A DNA stretch of 64,000 bases from Zootoca vivipara (Eukaryota). The DNA is taken from the NCBI RefSeq assembly GCF_963506605.1, contig NC_083288.1:41788001-41852000 (forward strand), read 5' to 3'. The notes beneath the pieces are model-generated. The model searched no databases and had not been told where the DNA came from. It worked only from the letters and a program-made list of their open reading frames with translations. The position numbers were made by a program, and so were the translations under genes. Positions 24,799-36,236 of the stretch are shown in pieces; position 1 is the stretch's first letter; each line of letters begins with the position of its first letter.

Positions 24799-25322
24799 TA
24801 AAGCCATGAAAATGAGTAACCTAACGTCAACAACAAACAACAACAACAACAACATGTAAAATATTAGGTGCCTGTTCCATAGTAAATCAAAGCAGGGCTT
24901 TCAGATTTTCTTCCTCTGTTCTGAACTATGATGCACACCTGCTACCTGTTCTTTCTGAAAACAGCTAAAAAGACAATAATATAAATGAACGAACAAACAT
25001 GAATGCATAAAATGTCTGTCAAATGCAGACTTCTTTTGTGATACTCTTTTCTGAATATCTTATTATACTGAAACCCTTCATTATTGCTGTCAGCCAGCAG
25101 GGGGCTTAGTATCTCTCTCCACCCAAGAGAACTTAACCATGCAATGATATAAATGAATGAATGAATAAAATGCCCACTTTTAAGTCAAATGCAAACTTTT
25201 CCTGTGGTACCCTTTTCTTCTGAATATCTCATTATACAGAAGGTTTTTTTTTATGTGAATCAGTAGAAGCCTTGGTATCTCTTGCTATCCCGGGGAGATA
25301 CATGGTTTATTCTGCAAGGTCT

Positions 25323-25408
25323 CACAGAAATTGTAATTCTGAATAGGTGATTATCTCCCTTATAATTATCTACTTAATTGTGATTACATGCTACATCTTC
25401 TGCTCTCA
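25323..25408 (+). promoter_or_regulatory. Conserved TAATT-rich block upstream of V2R-D
   Basis: Aligns with 14150-14227 (minus strand); an O/E-like tcccggggag lies just upstream at 25288. Confidence 0.55.
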
Positions 25409-25602
25409 AGGCTGCTGTAGTAACCCTGACAAAAACTACAAGACACAAGGATTCAATAACTATCCCCCATCCAATTTGGTGTGAGGGTTTTTATAAATCA
25501 GATCATGGACATTTTAGAAGGCATAGTCTGAGCCACACATCATCGTTTGTGGGGGCATTCAAATCAGGCTGTGGGACTCAACACAGAACCCAGTAAGGTA
25601 TA

Positions 25603-25862
25603 ATGTGGAGGCAGCAGAATGGGAGTTGTGAAGGAATTCTTCTACAGAAGCTACTGCCATTGGCAGTCCTGGTCTTTTTTCCTCTGGTGGCATTCAAGAC
25701 GCCTGACATCAAATGCAGTGTCAGCAACCCTCTTCCCATTCTCCACAAGTTTTACCAATCAGGAGACTTCATAATTCCCAGCATTATATCTCAGATATAT
25801 AGATTTTCCGTTCCAATCAGTTTCACAACACTCCCTTCTGATGACATCTTTGAAGACACTGT
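25603..25862 (+). CDS. V2R-D exon 1
   Basis: ...LLPLAVLVFFPLVA...HKFYQSGDFIIPSIISQIY; phase-2 donor |gtaagg. The start codon is less certain. Confidence 0.85.
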
Positions 25863-26669
25863 GTAAGGCTTTGTTTGTTTTGCTTTTTTATTTTAAAAAA
25901 GGTTCCTTGGTAATGTCATTTATCTGTCCTAGCTATGCCTCATTTCCCTTCAGCATTTTGATGATCCTGCTGTTTTCTGCTTAGGAGCGTTAAGTATTTA
26001 AGAATGTCCAGATTGGAGGGAAGGAACTGTGAGAGAGCTGTGGCTGGAGTTGAGGATTAATTTTTAATTTTGGTCCTTTTTATTTTTGAGCAACTATGTT
26101 TACTGCTTTCTCTGGATTGTTTCTTCAATCTGGTCATATTTTCTGAGAAAGTATTGATAAGTGGAAGGTGCTGTCATTCAAAGGTGGAGCATCTTCATGG
26201 TACACAGGAGGTCACTGTTTCAATGCCTGGCATCTTGAAGTAGGGCAGGGAAGGTTTCTTTAATAGAAACTTCAGAGATCCACAGACAGCCAGTATAGAC
26301 AATATGTCAGCTTCTTGGTTTCCTAAGTTGTATTTTATTTCATCTGATTTATATCTGATCCCATTTTGAACGGCAATTCTATGGGTGATAGTCAACTAAA
26401 CCAATTGAAATCAAGAAAATTGGGTTACTTTTTTCAGTTTATTTCAATAATGTAATTAAAGACCTTCAACACCTGGAAAGATGCCCAGAATACTGTATCA
26501 GCATTGTGCAGGTCAAAACAAAAGATAAAAGTACAGATGCATTTGACACTATTTCACAATGCTTATCTAGATCAGAATGTATTCAGTAATAATGCATTTA
26601 ACTGAAGAGAAGCATTTGTCACATTCTGAAACAAATCCACTCTCACAGTGCAAGTAACTTTAATTACAG

Positions 26670-26961
26670 GATGATGACCCAGATCTATCAGCATAGCCTG
26701 GCATTGATATTTGCTATAAAGGAGATCAATGAAAACCCCCAGATTTTACCTAATATCACCTTGGGCTTTCATATCTATAATAGCTATTTTGACACAAGGT
26801 GGACCTATCAAGCAACACTGGAACTTTTCTCTACACTGGACAGATTCACCCCCAACTACAAATGTGATAGTCAGAACAATCTAGGAGCAGTCATTGGGGG
26901 ACCTATCTCTGAGGTCTGTCTCTACATGGCAGATACCCTGTGCATCTATAAAATTCCTCAG
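26670..26961 (+). CDS. V2R-D exon 2 (292 bp)
   Basis: [33 protein letters not shown]...YKIPQ; tacag| and |gtatgc. Confidence 0.94.
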
Positions 26962-27971
26962 GTATGCAAGCAGTAGGAAAGTTAAACAAACCATTTGCTC
27001 ATCTGTTTACTTGTAAAGGTTTTCCTTTTAACAGTTGTGTTTGCAATGTTTCTTCATGTGAGGCTTCCAGAAGTAAGACTATATGAAAAGTCCTACTGAA
27101 TCAGGCCAGGAACCTAACTAGACCTGAAATCTTTTCTCAAAGAGGCCAACGAACTACCTTGAGGAAGTCCACAAGGCAGGACTTGACTGCAACATCACTG
27201 TCCACATTTGCCATACCCAGCAATTGGAATTCAGTATCTAATTCAAGATGCTGTATGCTTGTACATAAGATCCCACAGTTAAGATGTATTCAAATTGATT
27301 GCCAAAACCTTTAACATTTCAAGGTACTACCTTGGAAAAATTCAGACATCTAAAATATAGAATTGAAAATGAGATCTATCATGCAACACTATCAAACAAA
27401 TAGCAAATCCCAACATATAGTGAAAAAGGATTATCCAGATGATCAGCAAATATATTGTTTCAGTAAAGTTGTGTCCAGTCAGGGTTCCAAACATGCAAAA
27501 AATAAAAGCGAACATTAACAACGAACAATATGCAAAGGACCTTAAGCAGAATCCTGTAATCCTGTAACACAACAATTAAATTGTGTTTTAGCCTGCAAAG
27601 GTACAACACTAACTTGAAGAGGAGAAAGTGAATGATATATGAAAAAATATGAACTACTTTTCCTCTGCATATTGGAAGTAAATCATATTATTCCTATGGA
27701 GTGCATGAGGAATTAACTATATTATATAAATAACTTTTTATTATAACTAACCTATCAACCAAAAGTTGCTAATTGAATGACAGCAGTGAGATAGAGCACT
27801 TGCTTTTTAGGTTTTGGAATTTAAGAAAGCTAATATTTAGATTGATGAGATACAGGGAGAAATAATTTTAATGCAATGGACTGGTGTTTCTGGGCTCTTC
27901 TCTCATTTTCCAAATGTGAGGTTCACATTTCTTAGAAGAGGGAAGAGGGTGACTTCCAACATACAACACTG

Positions 27972-28107
27972 NNNNNNNNNNNNNNNNNNNNNNNNNNNNN
28001 NNNNNNNNNNNNNNNNNNNNNNNNNNNNNNNNNNNNNNNNNNNNNNNNNNNNNNNNNNNNNNNNNNNNNNNNNNNNNNNNNNNNNNNNNNNNNNNNNNNN
28101 NNNNNNN
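27972..28107. other. Assembly gap (136 N) in V2R-D intron 2
   Basis: Run of n characters. Confidence 1.
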
Positions 28108-28576
28108 GGGAAGCCCCAGTAATATTTGCCCCAATAATAATGCCTGTAATTTCTCTGTACCAAAGTTCAGGGCCTGCCTTTTTCTCTTGCAGCAGCAGCA
28201 TTTCTGTTTTATTCCCTATTGACCACCCTTTCACTCTGACTAAAATTCTCCTCTTACATTTTAGAAAGATTAGATTCCCCACACACACACTCAGTTCTGT
28301 AGCTTCATTTGGAGTTATTTCTATTTTTTGTGTGTTTTCTGACTTGTTTTTTCTAGATGATTTTGAATAGCATTAAAGGCTTTCCCCCACTCTGTAAATA
28401 AAGAGGCGTGTGGATTTTGTTAACTGCTTCCAACATCACCAGTGTATTTGCACTGCACAAACCTTACTGCTACTTCACCCCTCCTACTTGCCGTTCTAGA
28501 ACATCACAGAATCTCTGAGCATACCTGCCCTACCCTGCTGGTCTCTTCACTCCTTAACTTTTGAAATTTCCATTAG

Positions 28577-29434
28577 ATCATATATGGCTCTCCTGTGGTG
28601 ATAGATAAGAAATCCCAAGCTGCTTTCTATCTCCAAATGTTCCCAAATTTGAAGCTTCAACATGAGACAATTCTCCACATACTGCTATATTTCAAGTGGA
28701 CATGGATTGGGATAATTTCTCGGCACGATGACAATGGAGAGAGGTTTGAACAGAGTATTATCCCCATGTTTGCCCAAAGAGGTATCTGCTTTGATTTCAT
28801 AGTAAGACTTCTCAAAGTGTCTTTTTCCAATGATATTAATGATATGGTGGGAGATGTAATTGAGAAGACTGAAATCATTATGAGGAGCACTGTCATTGCA
28901 TTGGTCATTCATGGTGAAATCGAGACCATGCTCATCATGAGGATATTCTCCAGGGCTTCAGCATATGAGCATATATCAACAAAGAGAAATGGTAAAGTCT
29001 GGATTATGACAGCCGAGATAGAGTTCACTTCCATTCCTCTTCAAAGAGATTGGGACATAGACTTCCTCCATGGTGCTATATCCTTTGCTGTTCACTCCAG
29101 TGAGGTTTTAGGATTCCAGAAATGTCTTTTGTTGAGAAATCCTTCTTCAGAGAAAGACGATGACTTCCTTAGGGTTTTCTGGGAGCAGGCATTTGGGTGT
29201 CAGTTCCCCAACTCCATGGTAGACCTACAGGATGAAAAAATCTGCAGTGGAGAGGAGAAGTTGGAGACTCTTCCTGCATCTGTTTTTGAAATGAGCATGA
29301 CTGGCCACAGCTACAGTGTCTACACAGCAGCCTATGTGGTTGCAGATGCATTGCAGGCCATGCATTCATCTAGATTCAAAGCCAGAATGATAGTAGATGG
29401 AGGAGTAAAGCTTCAGCATCAAGAGTTATGGAAG
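28577..29434 (+). CDS. V2R-D exon 3 (858 bp)
   Basis: IIYGSPVV...YFKWTWIG...FWEQAFGC...CSGEEKLE...LWK; cattag| and |gtaatg. Confidence 0.95.
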
Positions 29435-29789
29435 GTAATGTGCCATATACACCAAGAAGGATCCCACTTGATCAGTCCAAAGCCTTCCTTTACCAGCCAA
29501 CCAGATAGCAATAGTTTTCTCCCACTGTCCCCCCCCCCCAAAATGCCTGGTTTTCAGATGCATGATGTCTGTTTCTTGAGAATGTATAAAACAGCATTGA
29601 ATACTAGCAATAGATTTCCTGCTTCCTAGTACAACATTAGATCATCATTCCCTGAACTTCAGAGCATGGGAAGTCATCCAAAAGATATATAATATGGCAC
29701 TGAATAATTAGCTCTTTTGACTGTATTATAATTTGGAATGCTTTATTGTGGTTTTTATTGGGTTGTTAAATTTCTCGGCGGTGAGAATT

Positions 29790-30203
29790 CTGATAGCACA
29801 AAAGTGGAAGACTGGAGAAATTCCAACTAAAGAACAATGGCAAGAGAAATGGATGAACTATGCAGAAGTGGCAAAATTGACGGACAGACTTTGAGAAAAA
29901 GACAACAGTGACTTTGATAAAGAGTGGGAACCATTTATAACATATTTGCAGAAACAAAGGAAGACTATTGACTTGGTGGCAGGATTTAAATAAAATTTCA
30001 AATCTTTATTAACAAAGAATATTTAAAACAATATCAGAAATTATATAGTAGACTTTTTAGAAACAGCAGTATGTAATAAGAGGGAAACAAACTAGAAGTG
30101 GAAGTTGGGGAAAGCCCAGGAGGGGGAGGGAAGAAGTGATGGAACATAAACGTTATTGATATGAGGTGTACACAATGATAGAAAAAGATAAGTGAATAAA
30201 AAT

Positions 30204-30238
<35 letters not shown>
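29790..30238 (+). mobile_element. L1-clade 3' end with (AAT)n tail
   Basis: Translated MNYAEVAKL...FDKEWEPFITYL, a G-rich 3' UTR and AATAAA; homologous to 39235-39805. Confidence 0.7.
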
Positions 30239-30239
<1 letters not shown>

Positions 30240-30280
30240 GATTACTAACTCAAGGTGGTATGCGCACATCTCCCACTCTC

Positions 30281-30410
30281 TATAGCTGAAGAAGTGTGCA
30301 TGCACATGATAGCTCATACCAAGAACAAACTTAGTTGGTCTCTAAGGCTACTGGACATTTTTTTAAAAAAAATACTGTGTCAGAACAACACGGCTACCTA
30401 GCTGAATCTA
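30281..30410 (+). mobile_element. Penelope-like element terminal fragment with a degenerate hammerhead core
   Basis: ctgaaga-agtgtgcatgcacat-gata-gctcatacc...ttagttggtctctaagg...aacacggctacc. Confidence 0.7.
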
Positions 30411-30534
30411 TGTCAATGATTACTCAGCACAAAGCTTTTCAAGGGTTCTGTAATTATGTGGGGATGATCACCAGTCTTTGGCATATCCTAAAGAATTGCC
30501 TTCATTTTATTTTCTTTACACCCACTTTCTTTAG

Positions 30535-30762
30535 CTTCACCACTTTGTTAAAAGGATCGTATTTAATAATAGTGCTGGGGAAAAGGTTTCCTTCAATGAA
30601 AATGGAGAGCTAGAGGCTGGATTTGATGTTATAAACTGGGTCACATTTCCAAACCAGTCCTTTCAGAGAGTCAAAGTTGGAAAGGTAGACTCCATGGCTC
30701 CCCAAGAAGAAGCGCTTAGCATTTGTGAAGACGCCATTGTGTGGCCAAGAAGTTTTAACCAG
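30535..30762 (+). CDS. V2R-D exon 4 (228 bp)
   Basis: Manual translation LHHFVKRIVFNNSAGEKVSFNENGELEAGFDVINWVTFPNQSFQRVKVG...WPRSFNQ; not in the ORF track. Confidence 0.93.
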
Positions 30763-31075
30763 GTGAAGTCCATTCATATTTTGTAGCATATCCATTACTT
30801 TCAGAATAATATCAGTTCACATACTGACATTGCTCAGTTCTATGTTCTCCCACATCCTTAGTGTAGGTGTGGAAGAATGTTTGAAAATGTAAGTTAAGTG
30901 ACAGCCATTTGAACCACTGTTTCACCATGAAATCTTCACCTGGAAACAGGTAAAGGTATATAGATCTAAATACTTTGATAATGGAAGCCAGAAGAGGGAT
31001 CCCTTTAGTGCAACAACACTGCCTCCTCTCCTACCCACTTTTGTCCTTTACCCTCCCCAAATCTGTTGCAGAGGG

Positions 31076-31165
31076 CATAGCTGCCAAGTTATCCCTTTTT
31101 TTAAGGGATTTTCTCTTATGCTGAATAGGCTTCCTCGCGAGAAAAGGGAAAACTTGGCAGCTATG
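31076..31165. mobile_element. 90-bp hAT-type MITE (second copy)
   Basis: Near-identical to 9448-9537; perfect TSD gcagaggg. Confidence 0.9.
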
Positions 31166-32177
31166 GCAGAGGGCAGGCAGAGCACCTCAAAGAATCCTAA
31201 CATCAACCCTACCTATTGCAAATGAACTCGAGAAAGAAGAGACAGTGAGATGTAATTTGAAGTTCAATAAGGGCCAGACATTTATTAAAGTGTCTTCAAT
31301 GAGATGAGAGCTAATTCTGTTTACCTGTCTCAGTCTCTTCTCCAGGGGTGGATATTTCCCACTCCAAGCGAGTCAACAGAAAACCGTCTGCAGAGCTGTT
31401 GCATGCCGAGGTTCCAAGACATTCCCCCCAATAACTCACACTTCACACAATATTTTAAGTTTAAGGTTTTTGGCATTAATTTGGCCACAACTTTATTTAA
31501 ATACAACTGAATGTGAGTGGTTGCTTAGGCATTGGTTCTTGCCATCTGTCCCCCGCCTGGGACAGATCTGACTCCCACTAGCCTAGTAGGGGAGCCAGTA
31601 GGTAAGCACCCTCTGGGAGAGATCGGGGCAGGGGCCCACGCCCTTGACCTCATCCCTCAGATGCTCCCCTGAGGCTCATGCGTGGCCCTGGCCCCCAACG
31701 GGGATAAATGGACAAACATGTAGAGCCCCAGGATTTCAATCAATCATTTGCTACCTGCAAATTTCCCCAGCAACAGCACACCCACCAATCACACATATGG
31801 CCATCCAAACTGACCCGCCTCTTCAACCCTGGGATGTCTTGTTAACCCTTCCACAACCCATGTTCTCCTCTATGGGGAGAACCTGCTTTGTAATCCACAA
31901 ACCATAAATTGAAAGAGGTGTGGAGGAACACCAAGCCACCCAACAAATTAACTTTGGATGGGAATTGATGTGAAGATGTTGGGATTGCGTTTCCCCAGAA
32001 CCAAATTCACAGGGGTTTTTCTCATATGGAGGTTCTGGCCTTATAGTTATTTGTCTTTTTTTCCTCATTTTGGCAGCTCTGTATGAAGACAGTTCAGGAA
32101 GTTTTCCAGAATACAGTACATTGTTGCTATACAATCTTGCAAAAGAGAACACCTTCTCTTCTTTCATTTGTGGACAG

Positions 32178-32304
32178 GTGCAGCCCCTTTCTGTTTGTAA
32201 TGATAAATGCCCTTTGGGTTACCATAAAGCAAAGAAGGAAGGGGAGCCATTTTGCTGCTATGATTGCATTCTATGTCCTGAAGGGAAGTTTTCCAACCAG
32301 ATGG
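32178..32304 (+). CDS. V2R-D exon 5 (127 bp)
   Basis: VQPLSVCNDKCPLGYHKAKKEGEPFCCYDCILCPEGKFSNQM; |gtaaga donor. Confidence 0.94.
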
Positions 32305-32837
32305 GTAAGAGAAATCATGTACACAGCCTATCAAATGTACTGTCACTCACTACAGATGCACATTTTACCCTCAAATATGCATTTTGTTTAAATTTTCCTG
32401 AAATGTGCATTTTTCATATTTTAATCAAAAACAATATTTTAAAATTAAATCCGGGGCATTTTTTGAAGCAAGAACTGCTCCTCAAAATTTAGAGATGAGG
32501 TAAAATTGAAGGACAGCTGTGCTCTATCCCATACTAGACTGGGAAGTCCTGTTGGGGTGTTTTAAAATATGGAGAAAGTAAAATTCTCAAGAACCCTCAC
32601 CTTAAGTGATAACACTTGGTCTCCAAATCCGAGTTAAGTCCTAAAATCTTGCATGCAATGTGTGGGGTGGCAATTGTGGGGGTGACAGTCGGGGGTGAGG
32701 GTTGGGTGGAGGCAATCAACCATCCCTGAATATGTCACCTTGGTTATATGAGAAGAATGCAGAAGTGTCCTTCAGATTTAAATATGGCAAGTCATAGTTA
32801 GTATTTTGTTTTTAATTTTGTTTTGAATATTTTACAA

Positions 32838-33088
32838 CAGGGGTCAGCAAACTTTTTCAGCAGGGGGCCGGTCCACTGTCCCTCAGACTTTGTGGGGGGT
32901 CGGACTATATTTTTTGGGGAAAATATGAACAAATTCCTATGGCCCACAAATAACCCAGAGATGCATTTTAAATAAAAGGACACATTCTACTCATGTAAAA
33001 ACATGCTGATTCCTGGACCGTCCGTGGGCCAGATTTAGAAGGCAATTGGGCCGCATCCAGCCCCCGGGCCTTAGTTTGAGGAACCCTG
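32838..33088. mobile_element. ~250-bp hAT MITE
   Basis: caggggtcagcaaact...agtttgaggaaccctg; TSD ttttacaa/ttttagaa. Confidence 0.9.
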
Positions 33089-33157
33089 TTTTAGAACAAC
33101 ACAAATTCTGCTGCAAGATATAGAAACCTGATCATGTTGTTTGTTGTTTGTTTTCAG

Positions 33158-34059
33158 ACATGGATGAATGCCTTCCGTGCCCACAAGATCAATACCCAAA
33201 CATGGAACGGGATTCATGTATTCCAAAGGACATAATTTTCTTGTCTTACGGAGAACCTTTGGGGATCACTTTGACCGTTTTTGCTCTTTCTCTTTCTTTC
33301 ACCACAGCTTTGGTGCTTTGGGTCTTCATTAAACACAGAGACACTCCCGTAGTCAGAGCCAACAACCGGAACCTCACCTATACTCTCCTCACCTCCCTCT
33401 TTCTCGCCTTCCTTTGTGCTTTGCTATTCATTGGTCGACCTGAGAAAGTGACATGTCTCCTTCGACAAACAGCATTTGGCACCATCTTTTCAGTGGCAGT
33501 TTCTTGTGTGTTGGCCAAGACAATCATTGTGGTCCTTGCTTTTAGGGTCACCAAACCAGGGTCCAAGATGAGGAAATGGACGGGTAAACAACAGGCCACC
33601 TCCATTGTTCTTTCCTGTTCCTTGATTCAAGCCGTTCTTTGTTGTGTATGGCTGGCTACGTCTCCCCCATTCCCAGATTTAGACACACACTCTATGACTA
33701 AAGAAATTGTTCTGGAATGTAATGAAGGCTCAGTCACCATGTTCTACTGTGTCTTGGGCTTTATGGGCTTGCTAGCCATTGTCAGCTTCACTGTAGCCTT
33801 CCTAGCCAGGAAATTGCCTGACAGTTTTAATGAAGCCAAGTTCATCACCTTCAGCATGCTGGTTTTCTGCAGTGTGTGGCTGTCCTTTGTTCCCACCTAT
33901 CTGGGCACCAGAGGAAAATATATGGTGGCTGTGGAGATTTTTTCCATCTTAACCTCCAGTGCTGGTTTACTAAGCTGTATATTTTCCCCAAAGTGTTATA
34001 TTATTCTGGTGAGGCCTCAGCTGAACAGCAGGGAGCAACTAAGAAGAAGAAATGATTGA
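33158..34059 (+). CDS. V2R-D exon 6 (7TM)
   Basis: DMDECLPC...[11 protein letters not shown]...[18 protein letters not shown]...PKCYIIL; 902 bp, the same size as V2R-B exon 6. Confidence 0.96.
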
Positions 34060-34224
34060 CGTATCTAACATTCTGTAGCCCTTATACATCTTAAATCAGC
34101 TGTGGTAAAGCAATGGGATATTTGCAACTATTTTTATTCCCTCAATAAAATGTAAATGGAATGCAATCTGTATGCTTACTTGAGGAGCAATTATTTATAA
34201 ATCTGTGGTATATTTTTGTTAAAT

Positions 34225-34389
34225 TCCTCTGTTTCAACATATCTGAGCACATAAGGATGATATACAGAATGGCTGCTGTGGAGATCCTGGCCTCCACTGC
34301 TGGGCTTCATATGTTCCCCCAAATGTTTTCTTATTGTGTCAAGGACTGAACTGAACAAAAGGCAGCAACTTAGAAAAATAAAGAATTGA
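34225..34389 (+). pseudogene. Degenerate fragment of a V2R 3' terminus (TM6-TM7-C tail)
   Basis: tatctgagcac...atggctgctgtggagatcctggcctccactgctggg...cccaaatg...gaactgaacaaaaggcagcaactt...aattga resembles 33883-34059. Confidence 0.75.
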
Positions 34390-34605
34390 CGTAACTTTCC
34401 ATCATCATGTTATATTTTAATTGGAATTGAGGTCTAAATCACTGTTTGGATTTTTCTGCCAATTCTGAATATTTGAAAAACAATGACTTTCCCTAGAGGC
34501 TTGGATCTTTCAAGTTACCCAACACTATTTCGGTCACATGGTGCCTGAACTGGTATACTTGATTGAAGTGTATGGCCTGGTAAATCTATAGCCAGCTGCA
34601 GGGTA

Positions 34606-34807
34606 CAGGGCCATCTTAAGTGTATCTGGCGCCCTGGCGCCGTGGTGCAAAGATCCCTCTGGCGCGTCCCCCCACCCCGATTTGCAGCGCGGCTGTCTGA
34701 TGGGCGCAGCGCGGCTGCCGCAAGCACAGCAGCGCAGCACAGCGCCCCCTGGCGGCCCGGCGCCCTGGCGCCTTGTGCCACCCAGCCTTGCCTTAGAGCC
34801 GGCCCTG
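34606..34807. mobile_element. 202-bp GC-rich hAT-type MITE
   Basis: TIR cagggcc...ggccctg; perfect TSD gcagggta; a related end fragment is at about 7575-7610. Confidence 0.88.
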
Positions 34808-35188
34808 GCAGGGTATGTCACCCAATATAAAGTTAATTTCTGGAGCTGTGAGGTTTTGTTTTTGTTTTGCTTTTTAAAAATCATTTAATTTGTAAATTAA
34901 CATTGATTCCAATCTGGTGGTTCCATTGATTCCAATCTGGTGAATAAGCATGATCTACTTGCTCTGCAGAATTAGAAGTTTTTAATTATTGGGAGCAGGG
35001 GTGCATCAATAGGTAGTAGTTTTGCCTTCCATTCTTTCCATACCATCAAATCTGACTTCAAAAAGGTTGATTATGCCTTCCAGTACATGGCTGTGTTTTT
35101 TGTAAAGGGAGTGATTGTAGAAAATCTCAAACTCTACCACGTTCCATTTTAAACTATGGAACCCGAAGCTTGCAGGTTCAAAAGAATA

Positions 35189-35615
35189 CAGTCATACCTT
35201 GGTTTAAGTATGCTTCAGTTTGAGTACTTTCAGTTTAAGTACTCCGTGGACCCGTCTGGAATGGATTAATCCACTTTCCATTACTTTCAATGGGAAAGTT
35301 TGCTTCAGGTTAAGTATGCTTCAGGTTAAGTATGGACTTCCAGAACCAATTACACTCATTCTTTGGGTTAAGTACACTTCAGGTTGAGTACTCCGCGGAC
35401 CCATCTGGAACGGATTAATCCACTTTCCATTACTTTCAATGGGAAAGTTCGCTTCAGGTTAAGTACGCTTCAGTTTAAGTACTCCGCAGACCGTCTGGAA
35501 TGGATTAATCCACTTTCCATTACTTTCAATGGGAAAGTTCACTTCAGGTTAAGTAGGCTTCAGGTTAAGTAGAGACTTCTGGAACCAATTGTGTACTTAA
35601 ACCGAGGTACCACTG
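35189..35615. mobile_element. Tc1/mariner (Tigger-like) MITE with internal tandem repeats
   Basis: TA|cagtcatacctt...cgaggtaccactg|TA; three internal copies of ggattaatccactttccattactttcaatgggaaagtt. Confidence 0.85.
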
Positions 35616-36029
35616 TATTATGTAAATGAGCAGACTCTCTATGCCACTTAAGATTAGGTACTGTAAATCTTTAAGAAATTGACCGTTTTATTTTCAACCC
35701 CTTTCCAGACGATCCCTAACATGAAATTAATTCACAGCTGCCACACATGGCTCCACAATTTCACCAAGCTGTGTATGTGAAGTTAGGATTTTTGGTCCCA
35801 ATGTACATCAATTTACTCTTATTTACACTGAGTTACAACCCCCCCCCCCAATTTAATGCACATTTATGCATTGGGGAAAGACTCTTTTGGAGCTCCTCAC
35901 AATCCCCTTTTGTTTTTACCACCCTGAACAGTGTCTTCAACTCAAAATAACAATTGCCTGTGGAATTACCCATGTTTCACTATAGCAAATGAAGATGTTC
36001 CATCCCAAAAGAGAATTTGTTTTAGTGGA

Positions 36030-36236
36030 TAATGAGAACATTCCTTAGAGACCCGTCTCCAAAGGCTGTTGAATATTTAACACCAGCATTCAAGCGTTAT
36101 TCCAGATAAGTCTACCATCTCTTTCTAAAAGACACGGGAAACAACTATATATTTCTTTTGCACAATCTGTGAACTCCAACACAGCCAATGTGGTGAGCCT
36201 TCTGCTGGAGGGATTGACTCCTTGCATGCTACTGAG
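36030..36236 (+). promoter_or_regulatory. Candidate OR-2 promoter motif and 5' non-coding exon
   Basis: taatga-gaaca-ttccttagaga-cccg-tctccaaagg; donor ttgactcc...ctactgag|gtacat at 36236. Confidence 0.5.

Larger units (their letters stand above)
25603..34059 (+). other. V2R-D gene span: complete six-exon vomeronasal type-2 receptor, 888 aa, apparently intact
   Basis: Exons 25603-25862, 26670-26961, 28577-29434, 30535-30762, 32178-32304 and 33158-34059 sum to 2667 nt = 889 codons including TGA. Intron 2 contains an assembly gap. Confidence 0.92.

Noticed and set aside
28108-28460. Possible L1 endonuclease remnant beside the assembly gap
   Set aside because: Only a weak, frameshifted resemblance; too degenerate to call by eye.
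35240-35560. Regularly repeated ~40-90-bp units resembling a CRISPR array
   Set aside because: They are internal tandem repeats of a TIR/TA-flanked MITE, with no unique spacers and no cas genes, in a vertebrate context.
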